Below are positions 1-10,272 of a stretch of 23,576 nucleotides of DNA, piece after piece. This DNA is from Paraspadella gotoi (lineage: Eukaryota; Animalia; Chaetognatha). Position 1 is the stretch's first letter. Every line of letters starts with the position of its first letter. The translations under genes and the position numbers were made by a program. Where the stretch lies: contig JBJCIZ010000008.1 of NCBI GenBank assembly GCA_051294375.1, positions 1 to 23,576 of the forward strand, given 5' to 3'. Under the pieces are notes generated by a model, which was not told the origin of the DNA, did not search any database, and worked only from the letters and a program-made list of their open reading frames with translations.

Positions 1-143
1 GCCAAAACCGCGGTCGGCGAACCCGTGAAAACATTTGGTGGGGAAAAGTGAACACCGCTGAAATAAACTTCTTCCAACGCCTCTCTTAATTTTCATTTTC
101 CGTGCCGCGATGACCGCCGCAGCCGCGACGAAACGAAAAAATC

Positions 144-1681
144 NNNNNNNNNNNNNNNNNNNNNNNNNNNNNNNNNNNNNNNNNNNNNNNNNNNNNNNNN
201 NNNNNNNNNNNNNNNNNNNNNNNNNNNNNNNNNNNNNNNNNNNNNNNNNNNNNNNNNNNNNNNNNNNNNNNNNNNNNNNNNNNNNNNNNNNNNNNNNNNN
301 NNNNNNNNNNNNNNNNNNNNNNNNNNNNNNNNNNNNNNNNNNNNNNNNNNNNNNNNNNNNNNNNNNNNNNNNNNNNNNNNNNNNNNNNNNNNNNNNNNNN
401 NNNNNNNNNNNNNNNNNNNNNNNNNNNNNNNNNNNNNNNNNNNNNNNNNNNNNNNNNNNNNNNNNNNNNNNNNNNTAAAATTTGTTGCAAACAAAAAACT
501 TTGTCAATTCTCTAAGAATTAACGGAAAAAAGAAGAACGAAATGGAATGGAAAAGGATAACGTTTCGGGAAAAATAATAAAGGAATTCAGATANNNNNNN
601 NNNNNNNNNNNNNNNNNNNNNNNNNNNNNNNNNNNNNNNNNNNNNNNNNNNNNNNNNNNNNNNNNNNNNNNNNNNNNNNNNNNNNNNNNNNNNNNNNNNN
701 NNNNNNNNNNNNNNNNNNNNNNNNNNNNNNNNNNNNNNNNNNNNNNNNNNNNNNNNNNNNNNNNNNNNNNNNNNNNNNNNNNNNNNNNNNNNNNNNNNNN
801 NNNNNNNNNNNNNNNNNNNNNNNNNNNNNNNNNNNNNNNNNNNNNNNNNNNNNNNNNNNNNNNNNNNNNNNNNNNNNNNNNNNNNNNNNNNNNNNNNNNN
901 NNNNNNNNNNNNNNNNNNNNNNNNNNNNNNNNNNNNNNNNNNNNNNNNNNNNNNNNNNNNNNNNNNNNNNNNNNNNNNNNNNNNNNNNNNNNNNNNNNNN
1001 NNNTAAGTTAACTAAAAAAATAAATTAAGGTTAAAAATAAGTTGGGGGTAAGTTAGGGTTAGGGGTAAGTTAGGGGTAAGGGAAAGTTAGGGGGAGANNN
1101 NNNNNNNNNNNNNNNNNNNNNNNNNNNNNNNNNNNNNNNNNNNNNNNNNNNNNNNNNNNNNNNNNNNNNNNNNNNNNNNNNATTAGAGTTAAATTTAAAA
1201 TTAAGTTTCGGTTTAAGTATATAATTTAAAATTTCAAAAAAGAATATTTAAATATTAATAAATTTATAAANNNNNNNNNNNNNNNNNNNNNNNNNNNNNN
1301 NNNNNNNNNNNNNNNNNNNNNNNNNAAAAAAATATTATAATTAAATTTTTTAAAGAATTAAAAATTTAGAAAAAGGTTTGAAATATATGTAACAACGATT
1401 TATTTGAAATAATAATAATAACGGACATNNNNNNNNNNTTGTTCAAGCCTTCTTCAAACTTACTCAAGAGCCAAAACATGTCCGTTATTATTATTGTTTC
1501 AAATNNNNNNNNNNNNNNNNNNNNNNNNNNNNNNNNNNNNNNNNNNNNNNNNNNNNNNNNNNNNNNNNNNNNNNNNNNNNNNNNNNNNNNNNNNNNNNNN
1601 NNNNNNNNNNNNNNNNNNNNNNNNNNNNNNNNNNNNNNNNNNNNNNNNNNNNNNNNNNNNNNNNNNNNNNNNNNNNNNNNN
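144..1681. other. Assembly gap-rich region (several N runs)
   Basis: N runs at 144-475, 594-1003, 1098-1181, 1271-1325, 1429-1438 and 1505-1681. ORFs spanning them are artefacts. Confidence 0.98.
1042..1097 (+). repeat. G-rich TTAGGG(G)/TAAG degenerate repeat, G-quadruplex-like
   Basis: GGGGG-TAAGTTA-GGG-TTA-GGGG-TAAGTTA-GGGG-TAA-GGG-AAAGTTA-GGGGG, running into a gap. Confidence 0.7.
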
Positions 1682-1749
1682 TTTTCCTTTTCTTTCTCTT
1701 CGTTTTCCCATAAGCCTCCAGTCCAGAGCGAATTCAACTCCGGGATTGC

Positions 1750-1850
1750 CATCATTTTTATATTGATTGTACCAATTTAGTTCGTATTTTGGTGCTAGTG
1801 TGGAATACGATATAGTATTCCNNNNNNNNNNATTTAAGGGAGTAATCATT
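1750..1850 (-). repeat. Fragment of a dispersed repeat family also present at about 5963-6365
   Basis: TTTTTATATTGATTGTACCAATTT...GTATTTTGGTGCT...TATAGTATTCC...TTAAGGGAGT matches the reverse complement of about 6215-6322. Confidence 0.7.
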
Positions 1851-2529
1851 TCATTTTTTTTAAATATTATATTATTTTATTAAATTTATTATACTGTTAT
1901 GTTTAACAAAATTTTAAAGAATTAAAATTTAATAATTATATGTCCATAAGCAGTAAAAAATTTTTAATCGCTGAATCTTTTTATCATTCCACCCTATTAT
2001 GCAACAATAATAAAATTTGTATAAAAGGTTAATTTTTTTATTTGTTAAGAATTATTTTTTATTATAAATCTAATAAAATATATAAAATTCCTGGAAATTG
2101 ATGTTTTAAAAATTTATAAAAAATAAAAATGAATATTTTTTTAAATAAATTAATGAAAAAAAATTAAATAGAAAAGGATAATTTTTTAAAAATAAAATTA
2201 AAAAAATTTGGATATTATATTTTTTTAATATATATATTTTTATATTAATGATTAGTTAATAATTATAAAATTATTATAATTAATATAATAATTATTTATT
2301 TAATAAATAAATTATTTTGCCTTTGATTTTGGACAGGTTTGGTGGTTTAAAGCTTCCATCATTTTTATAAAATAATAACATAAGATTTCAATCAAAATTT
2401 TTATAATTTTATTTATTTTTTATTAATAAAGTAGTCCGATCTGGTTCCACTTTTAGTAAGACTGATACTCCTGCGATGATATTCTAAGAAATGTTTAATT
2501 TATATATTGAAGTGATTAGTGTTTAAGTA

Positions 2530-2705
2530 ACGTTTAGTGACCAGAACCGTCACATGTAAGCAAATCCCTGAGCTTCGGATCAGGCTGTAACACATGTTAC
2601 AGGCAGGTTAAGCGCCCAGTCCCTCTTAACTGCTAGGCCGGCACCGGGCTAGAACCCCGACCTTTGGTTGGAGGCGAATGACTTGCCTCCGGCACCAATG
2701 GCTGC
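2530..2705 (-). mobile_element. tRNA-derived SINE-like unit, copy 1
   Basis: Minus strand has A-box-like TGGTGCCGGAGG, B-box-like GGTTCTAGCCC and 3' acceptor strand TGCCGGC, followed by a hairpin-rich body. Confidence 0.65.
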
Positions 2706-3295
2706 TGATGAACGGTTGGTGGATTTTAGTCCACCATAATATAAAGATTAATCTTTTAAGTTTTAAATCTGGGAATATTATATTGAAATTAAAATAATGT
2801 AATTAGTTATGGTGTTAATAAATTAAGATTAAGCATAAATTAAATTTAAGTTAAGAAACCGCGGCAATTTTTTTNNNNNNNNNNNNNNNNNNNNNNNNNA
2901 ATGAATATTTTTTTAAATAAATTAATAAAAAAAATTAAATAGAAAAGGATAATTAAAATAAAATTAAAAAAATTTGGATATTATATTTTTTTAATATATT
3001 ATAATTTTTATATTTAATGATTAATTAATAATAAAAATATTATAATTAATATAATAATTATTTATTTAATAAATAAATTATTTTGCCTTTGATTTTGGAC
3101 AGGTTTGGTGGTTTAAAGCTTCCATCATTTTTATAAATAATAACATAAGATTTCAATCAAAATTTTTATAATTTTATTTATTTTTTATTAATAAAGTAGT
3201 CCGATCTGGTTCCACTTTTAGTAAGACTGATACTCCTGCGATGATATTCTAAGAAATGTTTAATTTATATATTGAGAGAAGTGATTATTTTATAA

Positions 3296-3471
3296 GTTAG
3301 TGACAGAACCGTTCAATGTAAGCAGTCCCTGAGCTTCGGATCAGGCTGTAACACCATGTTACAGGCGGGTTAAGCGCCCCGTCCCTCTTAACTGCTTAGG
3401 CGGCCACCGGGCTAGAACCCCGGACCTTTGGGTTAGGAGGCGAATGACTTGCCTCCGGCACCAATGCCAGC
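3296..3471 (-). mobile_element. tRNA-Arg(CCT)-derived SINE-like unit, copy 2
   Basis: Minus strand GCTGGCATTGGTGCCGGAGGCAAGTCATTCGCCTCCTAACCCAAAGGTCCGGGGTTCTAGCCCGG. The CTCCTAA loop resembles tRNA-Arg(CCT); D and anticodon stems are degenerate. Confidence 0.65.
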
Positions 3472-3697
3472 TGATGAACGGTTGGTGATTTTAGTCCACC
3501 ATAATATAAAGATTAATCTTTTAAGTTTTAAATCTGGGAATATTATATTGAAATTAAAATAATGTAATTAGTTATGGTGTTAATAAATTAAGATTAAGCA
3601 TAAATTAAATTTAAGTTAAGAAACCGCGGCAATTTTTTTTCCATCATGGTAGATCATTTTCCATTGAATAAAAACTAAATTCCACGCGCTCTTTCAG

Positions 3698-4645
3698 CCG
3701 TCATTACATCGTCTTCGTGTCACCCTCTCCATTTTAGGACCTTATTGCAGCGTTGATCGTGGTAAGCATAACTAAGTTCAATTTGGTTTAAATTCTTCGC
3801 ATTTTATTTCTATAAAATCTATATATGTAATCTATATATGTAATCATTCTCAGGTGAGGCCGTAGAAAAATATTTCACGCCCCTTCATTTTAATCTCGGC
3901 CCTTTGGTTTTTTGGGANNNNNNNNNNNNNNNNNNNNTTTTGTTTTGCTATTTACATAAATTCCCCTACATTGAAGTTATTTTTTCGGTTACTGAGCTAT
4001 TTTTTTTAAATTTAGGTTTATTCTCAACTTCGTTCTACGTCAACCCGACCGTCCGCGTCCGCAATGGCGNNNNNNNNNNCGTTCTCATTAGCATTACTGT
4101 CTTCCTTGCTATATCAGGATGACGCCACCATGCTATATTTTTTAGTTCTTAGTAAGTCTTGCCGAGTCCATTGTAAAAATTAATCCAAGTAAACTAATTA
4201 TGTCCTCAAAAAAGGATTATNNNNNNNNNNCTCGATCTTAATGCAGTGCTTTCTCTTTTTAAATCAGTTTTTATATAGTAAACTAATTACGCCCCCAAAA
4301 AGGATTATTCTCCTACTCGATCTTAATGCAGTGCTTTCCCATTTTAAATCAGTTTTTATAAAGTAAACTAGTTATGTCCTCAAAAAAGATTATTATTCTC
4401 CTGCTTGATCTTAATACGGTGCTTTCCATTCTTAAATCAGTTTTTATTAAGTAAACTAATCTTGTCCTCAAAACAGGAGTATTAATCTCTTCCTCTCTCT
4501 CCAGAACAACGGATTATGCAAAGACATCCGCCATAGTTTGTCCGCGCTGTGTTCTTCGCCGGTGTCGTCAGGGACGTCGTCTTCAACAACAAATCTTCTC
4601 CCGATCTCCAAGGAATTTGGAAACGGAAACTTTAGGCAATGTTAA
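3698..4645 (+). CDS. 3' exons of a putative multi-pass membrane protein gene (frame unresolved; gaps and probable indel errors)
   Basis: GC-richer blocks bounded by splice sites: tttcag|3698-3761|gtaagc; tctcag|3854-gap; tttag|4016-4151|gtaagt; ctccag|4505-TAA 4645; AATAAA at 4788. Hydrophobic peptides include FNLGPLVFW and VLISITVFLAISG. An in-frame stop at 4120 implies a sequence error or pseudogene. Confidence 0.45.
4187..4485. repeat. Intronic tandem repeat, about 85-89 bp unit, about 3.4 copies
   Basis: Units starting AGTAAACTA at about 4188, 4277, 4362 and 4450; the three full units contain GATCTTAAT...TTAAATCAGTTTTTAT. Confidence 0.9.
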
Positions 4646-5175
4646 TTTCTGACTCTTCCCTCATAAAAGGAAAAGGAAATCGGATCGGTTGGAGAATTAA
4701 CCGTGTAGTCGTAAACCCTGTAATAATTCTATTTTAACTTAGTTTTATTATGTATAGTTGCATTTGTTTTTATTATCTTGTTCTTGAAATAAAAAAAAAT
4801 TAAAAATTAGTTTTATTTTCAATTTACCCAACATTTTGATTCAACAAGTAATTAAAATAGGTTCAAGATTTAGACTATTTTTATTAGTTTAGAAAAGTTT
4901 AGATGGATTCAAATATGACTCTCTCTCTCTCCATTTCAAATTCGCCTAACTTTCAAAATAATTCCATGACTCCCGTTCCCATCGCGTATGTCCAAATTAT
5001 AATTAGATTAATTTAAATTAAATTTAAATGGCAATCACTAGTTATGCTAGGCTTATAAAAAGTTTTGATAGGTTTTATGAGCATGGGTACGGATGAAAGG
5101 AAAAAAATCTATTGAACTTTAAATTTATGTCCTTGCAAAACACATTGTGCCGACGAAGGTTTCGTAACCATGGGG

Positions 5176-5198
5176 TCAACCCGAGTTGGCCACTATGT
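5176..5198 (-). CDS. Candidate terminal exon (DIVANSG*) of the uncharacterised Pro/Ser-rich gene
   Basis: CCCTCCTAAG acceptor, phase 1 compatible with the 5427 donor, TGA at 5176-5178. The alternative is read-through to the stop at 5419. Confidence 0.4.
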
Positions 5199-5426
5199 CT
5201 TAGGAGGGTGAAGTGAAAGATTTAGAAATCAAAATTTAGCAGTTATATCTTGAAAGCTATCATATTAATGAAAAACTAATCTGTAGTTTTCTTTTTTTAT
5301 AAATATAGTAGCCAGTAGCTTATTTTGTATATAGTACTACCCTTATATAATGTCAGAATTTCTAAATGTTTTTTTGACATTTTTGACGATGACAAAACAT
5401 TCCACTTTTCGGTGTTTTTTAAATAC

Positions 5427-5681
5427 CAAAGCCAAAGTGTAATTTTGCCGAGTCGTCTTTGGTAGACCAAATATTCCAGCAACAAAGAAGGTTCCATCGC
5501 CCAGGTCGAAGACCAACTACGAAGGACAACGCCGCCGCAACATCATCCGGAGTTTTGACCCCGGCATCGCTCGCGACTCTCGTAAGAGTACCGCCGCCTG
5601 GTTGGTCGAAGCCAATGATGCAGGATGTTTCAATGGTAACATGCCGTCGCGCCCATTGATGTCTCAACCGCCACAGACCGT
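5427..5681 (-). CDS. Internal exon of uncharacterised gene (GLWRLRHQWARRHVTIETSCIIGFDQ...KLHFGF)
   Basis: 255-nt GC-rich open exon, AAGTAG acceptor, G|GTATTT donor, phase 1 to 1. Confidence 0.7.
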
Positions 5682-5758
5682 CTACTTTTGTAAAATNNNN
5701 NNNNNNATATTTTTAGGTTAAAGCTGAAAAAAATGACCAAAATGTTTCATCATATTAC

Positions 5759-5869
5759 TGTGTCCGGTCAATCTAAGGTNNNNNNNNNNGCTAGGGCAAA
5801 GTGACCGTGTGGATAGACCGGCTCGGAGAGAGAGGAAGGGTTTAGAGAGAAAGACCGGTGGTAAGTCAC
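5759..5869 (-). CDS. Possible small exon of the same gene; 5' boundary uncertain and interrupted by a gap
   Basis: Phase-1 donor A|GTAATA at 5759 after LRLTGH supplies the needed phase 0 to 1 change. Acceptor could lie near 5790, 5821 or 5869. Confidence 0.3.
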
Positions 5870-5962
5870 CTCAGTTTTTATTACAGAACGTGAAAAAGTG
5901 GAGAATTTTTATCTTTTTTTACATTTTTGACGCTCTAGACATTGAAATTTTTAATAACATAT

Positions 5963-6365
5963 TTTATGAAATTGGTACAACCAATATAAAAATTATCCAT
6001 TCATTTAATAAATAAGCTATCTTGCTCCTGACTTTTGACAGGCTTTGTTGGTTTAAGGCCTCCATCACTCTTACAAGATAATGACATAGTAGGTCCCTAC
6101 AAGTTTTTCAGTCAAGACTCTCTCACAGTCTTGTTTATTCGCTCCCAGAATACCTGGCTCGCCTATCAATGAAGTAGAATAATGTTTCAAAGAATATTTC
6201 AATTGTATTAAAAGACCACTCCCTTAAGTATTAGATCGGGGAATACTATATTGTACTCCGCCCAGCATCAAAATACAAGGAGCTAAATTTTATGAAATTG
6301 GTACGACCAATATAAAAATTATCCATTCATTTAATAAATAAGCTATCTTGCTACTGACTTTGGAC
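5963..6365. repeat. About 325-bp repeat unit with a partial second copy; possibly a degenerate LINE 3' end
   Basis: TTTTATGAAATTGGTAC...GCTATCTTGCT at about 5963 and 6288; diverged relatives at about 2300-2380, 3060-3145 and 1750-1850. Peptide SIKIQGAKFYEI is weakly CR1/L2-like. Confidence 0.65.
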
Positions 6366-7050
6366 TTTATGAAGAATCAGAATGTTTAATAAAAATTTAT
6401 AAAAAATGATTTTTTAAAATTTATTATTTTATAAAGATATTATTATGAATATTTTGTAATTAATGATACTGTTCCCCAAACAATATAAGCAGTGCTCCAT
6501 TCTATTGACCACGGATGCTGTGTTTGGTCGACGCCTCAATCGCTACCAACACCATCGAAACTGTCAATGCCTCCACGCAGACTCACTTCAATGGGGAGGT
6601 TAATCTTGAAAATTCTATGAACGCGGAAATCGAGGAACTGAAAGCCGTGAGGTTATCAGCGCCATCATTGGATGACATCCATCGTTGCATAGGCGTCGAC
6701 CTACAGACTCCAAGCATGCCTTCAAAGCATGTTTCATACTTTTCCAGACAAACATTTACTTNNNNNNNNNNTCTATCTCTTAGGACAGAGCTTAGTGTTT
6801 TCTGGCCCACACTGACTGATTTTCTAAAAAGANNNNNNNNNNAACGCCCTGCTCCTTATTTTTTCTCCCTATCTCATACACTCTGCCTGATTTTCTAAAA
6901 AGACCGAGTTGGACACTATGTTAAGCCATTGCGAGCAAAGTTTAGTCTCATCTCAATATCTTATACCTTGAACATCACTCTCCTTATATTATTTAACTTG
7001 CCAATAACTCATGTATTATATGCTTCTATAATTACTTATTTTTTATGATT

Positions 7051-7356
7051 TGTGGGGACGGACAAGGTTTCGCGTGCGCCAATGAGTCGCGCCGTTTGAC
7101 TCCAAGCTTGGCACTTCATGTTTGGTGGTCGCAAGGGGCCGGCCTACTCGTTCTCTCTTTCTCTCTTCCTCTCTCCTCTCCTCTACGTCCTCTTTCATTT
7201 CCACTTAGCCGGAATTGCCCGGAAGGGGTCTGTCCGACCGTTAGTCGGTACTAAGAGAGACTTCCTTGGATTAGGGTGATATTTATATTAATTCAATTTA
7301 TATTAAATTTGAGCGTAGTTGTTTTATTTTCTCTGCCCATATCGTTATCACCTGCA
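7051..7356. mobile_element. Possible solo-LTR-like fragment
   Basis: GC-richer island starting TGTGGGGA and ending TCACCTGCA, with an internal CT-rich tract and ATTAAA. No TSD found. Confidence 0.3.
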
Positions 7357-7793
7357 AAGTAGATATGTTGTTGAAAAAATATAAATCCCAATTTTACAAC
7401 ATATTGAGTACCACGACACGGCGGATTTTGGCTAATGAATATGAGATTAGATTATGTAGTTCTTCATCCGTCGCTGCGGAGCTTTCTGTGCTTCCGATAT
7501 TGCGTTTTCGTAGGGCTAAATACAAGAATAAAAAGACTGAGAACTGACGAAGCGAGAGCGGCGCTAGTGTTCATTCAACGGTTTAGTGGAACCCAAAAAA
7601 ATTATTTTTTCGATCGCGAATACTGTTTTGCGAGAGGGATGGAAAAACGGCGGGTTTTTGCCTGCCATTTCTAAACGCGCAGGCCGATTGACTTGAAATT
7701 TTGCATGCGCAATATTGACATCATTTCCTACCGATCGATATAAAAATATATATAAGAAATGGCACGGACGGCGAAACTACATGCATATCTAAT

Positions 7794-8515
7794 TAGGAGG
7801 TTTACGTCGTTCTTAGAAATCGAGGAAGACTTTTTCAATGGAGATTTTCGTTAAAATCTGACTACTAAATAATGTCAACGCTCCTGGGAAAAATTCAGGT
7901 AAAAAATAGATGTAAAAACACTCGATTCCGATCCTGTTGCATCTGAAGGGCTCGCATTTTTTTTCTCTTGACAAATAACCATCATTTTGACATCAAACTA
8001 TCAGATTCAAATGGACTGGTCTGCTCGGGAAAATATTTTTCGACGCAAATTTTATATATAAATTAAAGGGATTTCTCTCAACTTCAATACAATGTCAACG
8101 CATTTAACATATGTTGTGATTTTACAATAAACTTCAAATTCAGGAATCCGATAGCCATATGTCTGAAGGGCTCTCAAAATTTTTCTTTACATTTTATATG
8201 GTTATTTTGATATGATACGATCATGGGAAAGTGAATTAGTCCATTTTGGTGAAATTTTTATTTAAAGTAAAAGTAAAAGAGGAGCTAACGATCGGAATTC
8301 TAAGAGTTTTCAACCGGGAGTCAGATTCGGGAAAAATCTTTTATGGCGAAAATCTTCCAAAAAGGGGTGGATTTTCCGAAGATTTTTGGTTAATATTTTC
8401 TATATTTATGGTAGGATTTTTTTGAAACTTAATATTAACAATATTGCCATCATTCTACCTTGGCGGTATAAGAATATATTAAAAAAACCTCTGGCTTTGT
8501 TCGTCAGAGCTTAGT
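7794..8515 (+). mobile_element. Helitron-like or unclassified repeat, copy 1 (about 720 bp)
   Basis: Highly similar to 8516-8965 and 11735-12490; ends in hairpin CTCTGGC-ttgttc-like loop-GTCAGAG followed by CTTAGT. Confidence 0.6.
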
Positions 8516-8965
8516 CCTACGTTCTTAGAGATCGAGGGAGCCTTTTTCAATGGAGATTTTCGTTCAAATCTGACTACCAAACAATATAAACGCTCCTGGT
8601 AAAAATTCTGGTAAAATATCGATGTAAAAACACTTGATTCCAATCCTGTTGCATCTGAAGGGCTCGCATTTTTTTCTTTGTCAAATCATCTATCATCTTG
8701 ATATCAAACAAGCCAGAACAAATAGACTGCTTCTGGACGGAGAAATTTTCCATCTCTGATTTTATATAGAAATGAAAGGGATTCTAAGAGTTTTCAACCG
8801 GGAGTCAGATTCGGGAAAAATCTTCTATGGCGAAAATCTTCCAAAGAAGGGGTGGATTTTCCGAAGATTTTGGTTAATATTTTCTATATTTATGGTCGGA
8901 TTTTTTTTGAAACTTAATATTAACAATATTGCCATCATTCTACCTTGGCCGGTATAAGAATATAT
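8516..8965 (+). mobile_element. Same family, tandem copy 2; interrupted by a TIR element and resuming at 10872-10908
   Basis: Sequence after the insertion (TAAAAAAACCTCGGGCTTTGTTCGTCAGAGCTTAGT) matches the end of copy 1. Confidence 0.65.
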
Positions 8966-9844
8966 TAGGGCTGCGCATCGTTCGAATCAAAGTTCCGATC
9001 AAGATTCCTTTATATTTCACTTCTATTCAAAACTGCATAGTCAAGGCCCATATAAATTATATCAATATGGGTAGATTTCGAAAGCTTGGCGTCTTGGGAA
9101 GCCAACGGAGGTAGAGCGCGATCGAAATACCCATTTTATCATGCCCAAAAATGGTATTTAAATGAACTGGTCAGACCGTTTTTTCCCTTTTCCCAAAACC
9201 TGCTTGATCTTTTTGTAAATAGAACAAATCATACATATCAGTACGGTTTCGGATAGCTTATTGTCTTCTCTACTAGATCAAAAAAAGAAAAGTTTAATTC
9301 TTGCAATCTTGAATGCTTGATAAAGCAATCAAATGAACTGGTTTTTTAGGTGAAAACTGCATAGTCAAGCCTTCAATTTTTTTTTGTTTCTAGACCATCG
9401 AAAGAAACTGTATGGTTTTTACTATCTGTTTCAGGTAGAGCGGCGGGGGTAAATTTAGAGAGTTTATATTAAATTTAGAGCAAATAGAAAGGATATCAAG
9501 TTTTTGCACGCTAAAACCTTTTTTAAGCACGTTCCGGTCTGTATTGAAAATGGTTGACGTAGGTTATCCAATGAGGACATCAATTAAAAATAAGCATTGA
9601 TCATGCGCGATCGGGCCAGATATATACCATATTTCAACATGGCTTTACCGTATTTTTACGTTTTAGAACGCAGTCTGTATGAAATGTTTTGAATTTCACG
9701 CCTGTGATATTGGCGTTCTAGGCGTCGTTTGTCCTTGTTAGTCTCTTTATCTTATCTCTTGAAGAGACATTAATTATTGTTATGTGATAGTGACAAAACC
9801 GTTCAATAAAATCTTAAAAGCAATAGGGATCGAGCCTACTTTTA

Positions 9845-10018
9845 ATGATAACCAAATATTGATGCGAAGATAACCGAAGGATTGATGCGATGATAACCAA
9901 ATGATGGATGCGATGATAGTCATTCATTGATGCGATGATAATCATTCATTGATGCGATGATAGTCCTTCATTGATCGGATGATAATCATTCATTGATGCG
10001 ATGATAGTCATTCATTGA
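9845..10018. repeat. About 21-22 bp tandem repeat (TTGATGCGATGATA core) inside TIR element A
   Basis: About 8 units directly visible. Confidence 0.9.
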
Positions 10019-10031
10019 CGTGACGTGACTT

Positions 10032-10272
10032 TGAAAAAGTATGCATATTTTAAAAAAAAAGTATGCATATTTTTAAAAAAAGTATGCATACTTAAAAAAA
10101 GTAAATGCATACTTAAAAAAAGTATGCATACTTAAAAAAGTATGCATACTTAAAAAAGTATGCATACTTTTTTCAAAGTATGCATACTTTTTTCAAAGTA
10201 TGCATACTTTTTTCAAAGTATGCATACTTTTTTCAAAGTATGCATACTTTTTTCAAAGTATGCATACTTTTA
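10032..10272. repeat. About 18-20 bp palindromic minisatellite (AAGTATGCATACTT core) inside element A
   Basis: About 12 units; spacers are A-tracts in the left half and T-tracts in the right half. Confidence 0.95.

Larger units (their letters stand above)
2128..3640. repeat. Direct tandem duplication of about 745 bp (2128-2874 and 2900-3640) split by a 25-N gap
   Basis: The copies align end to end and differ mostly by single-base indels; probably an unmerged overlap or haplotype. Confidence 0.9.

Noticed and set aside
86-1011. ORFs composed mostly of X
   Set aside because: Gap artefacts; MTAAAATKRKN at 110 could be a real first exon but cannot be supported.
1714-1820. Hydrophobic exon (GIAIIFILIVPI)
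   Set aside because: Matches the reverse complement of the repeat at about 6215-6322 and contains stops.
2636-2692. HDV-like ribozyme (GGCCGGCA...GGCGAATG)
   Set aside because: No P1 3' strand or P1.1/P2 pairing in the required order; better explained by the antisense tRNA head.
3399-3471. Functional tRNA-Arg gene
   Set aside because: D and anticodon stems do not pair properly and a SINE-like body follows.
3471-3505. Hammerhead core CTGATGA (also at 2705, and CTGACGA at 7543)
   Set aside because: No GAAA after a stem II and no matching stems I/III.
2128-3640. Biological tandem duplication
   Set aside because: Copies abut a 25-N gap and differ mainly by indels; more likely an assembly artefact.
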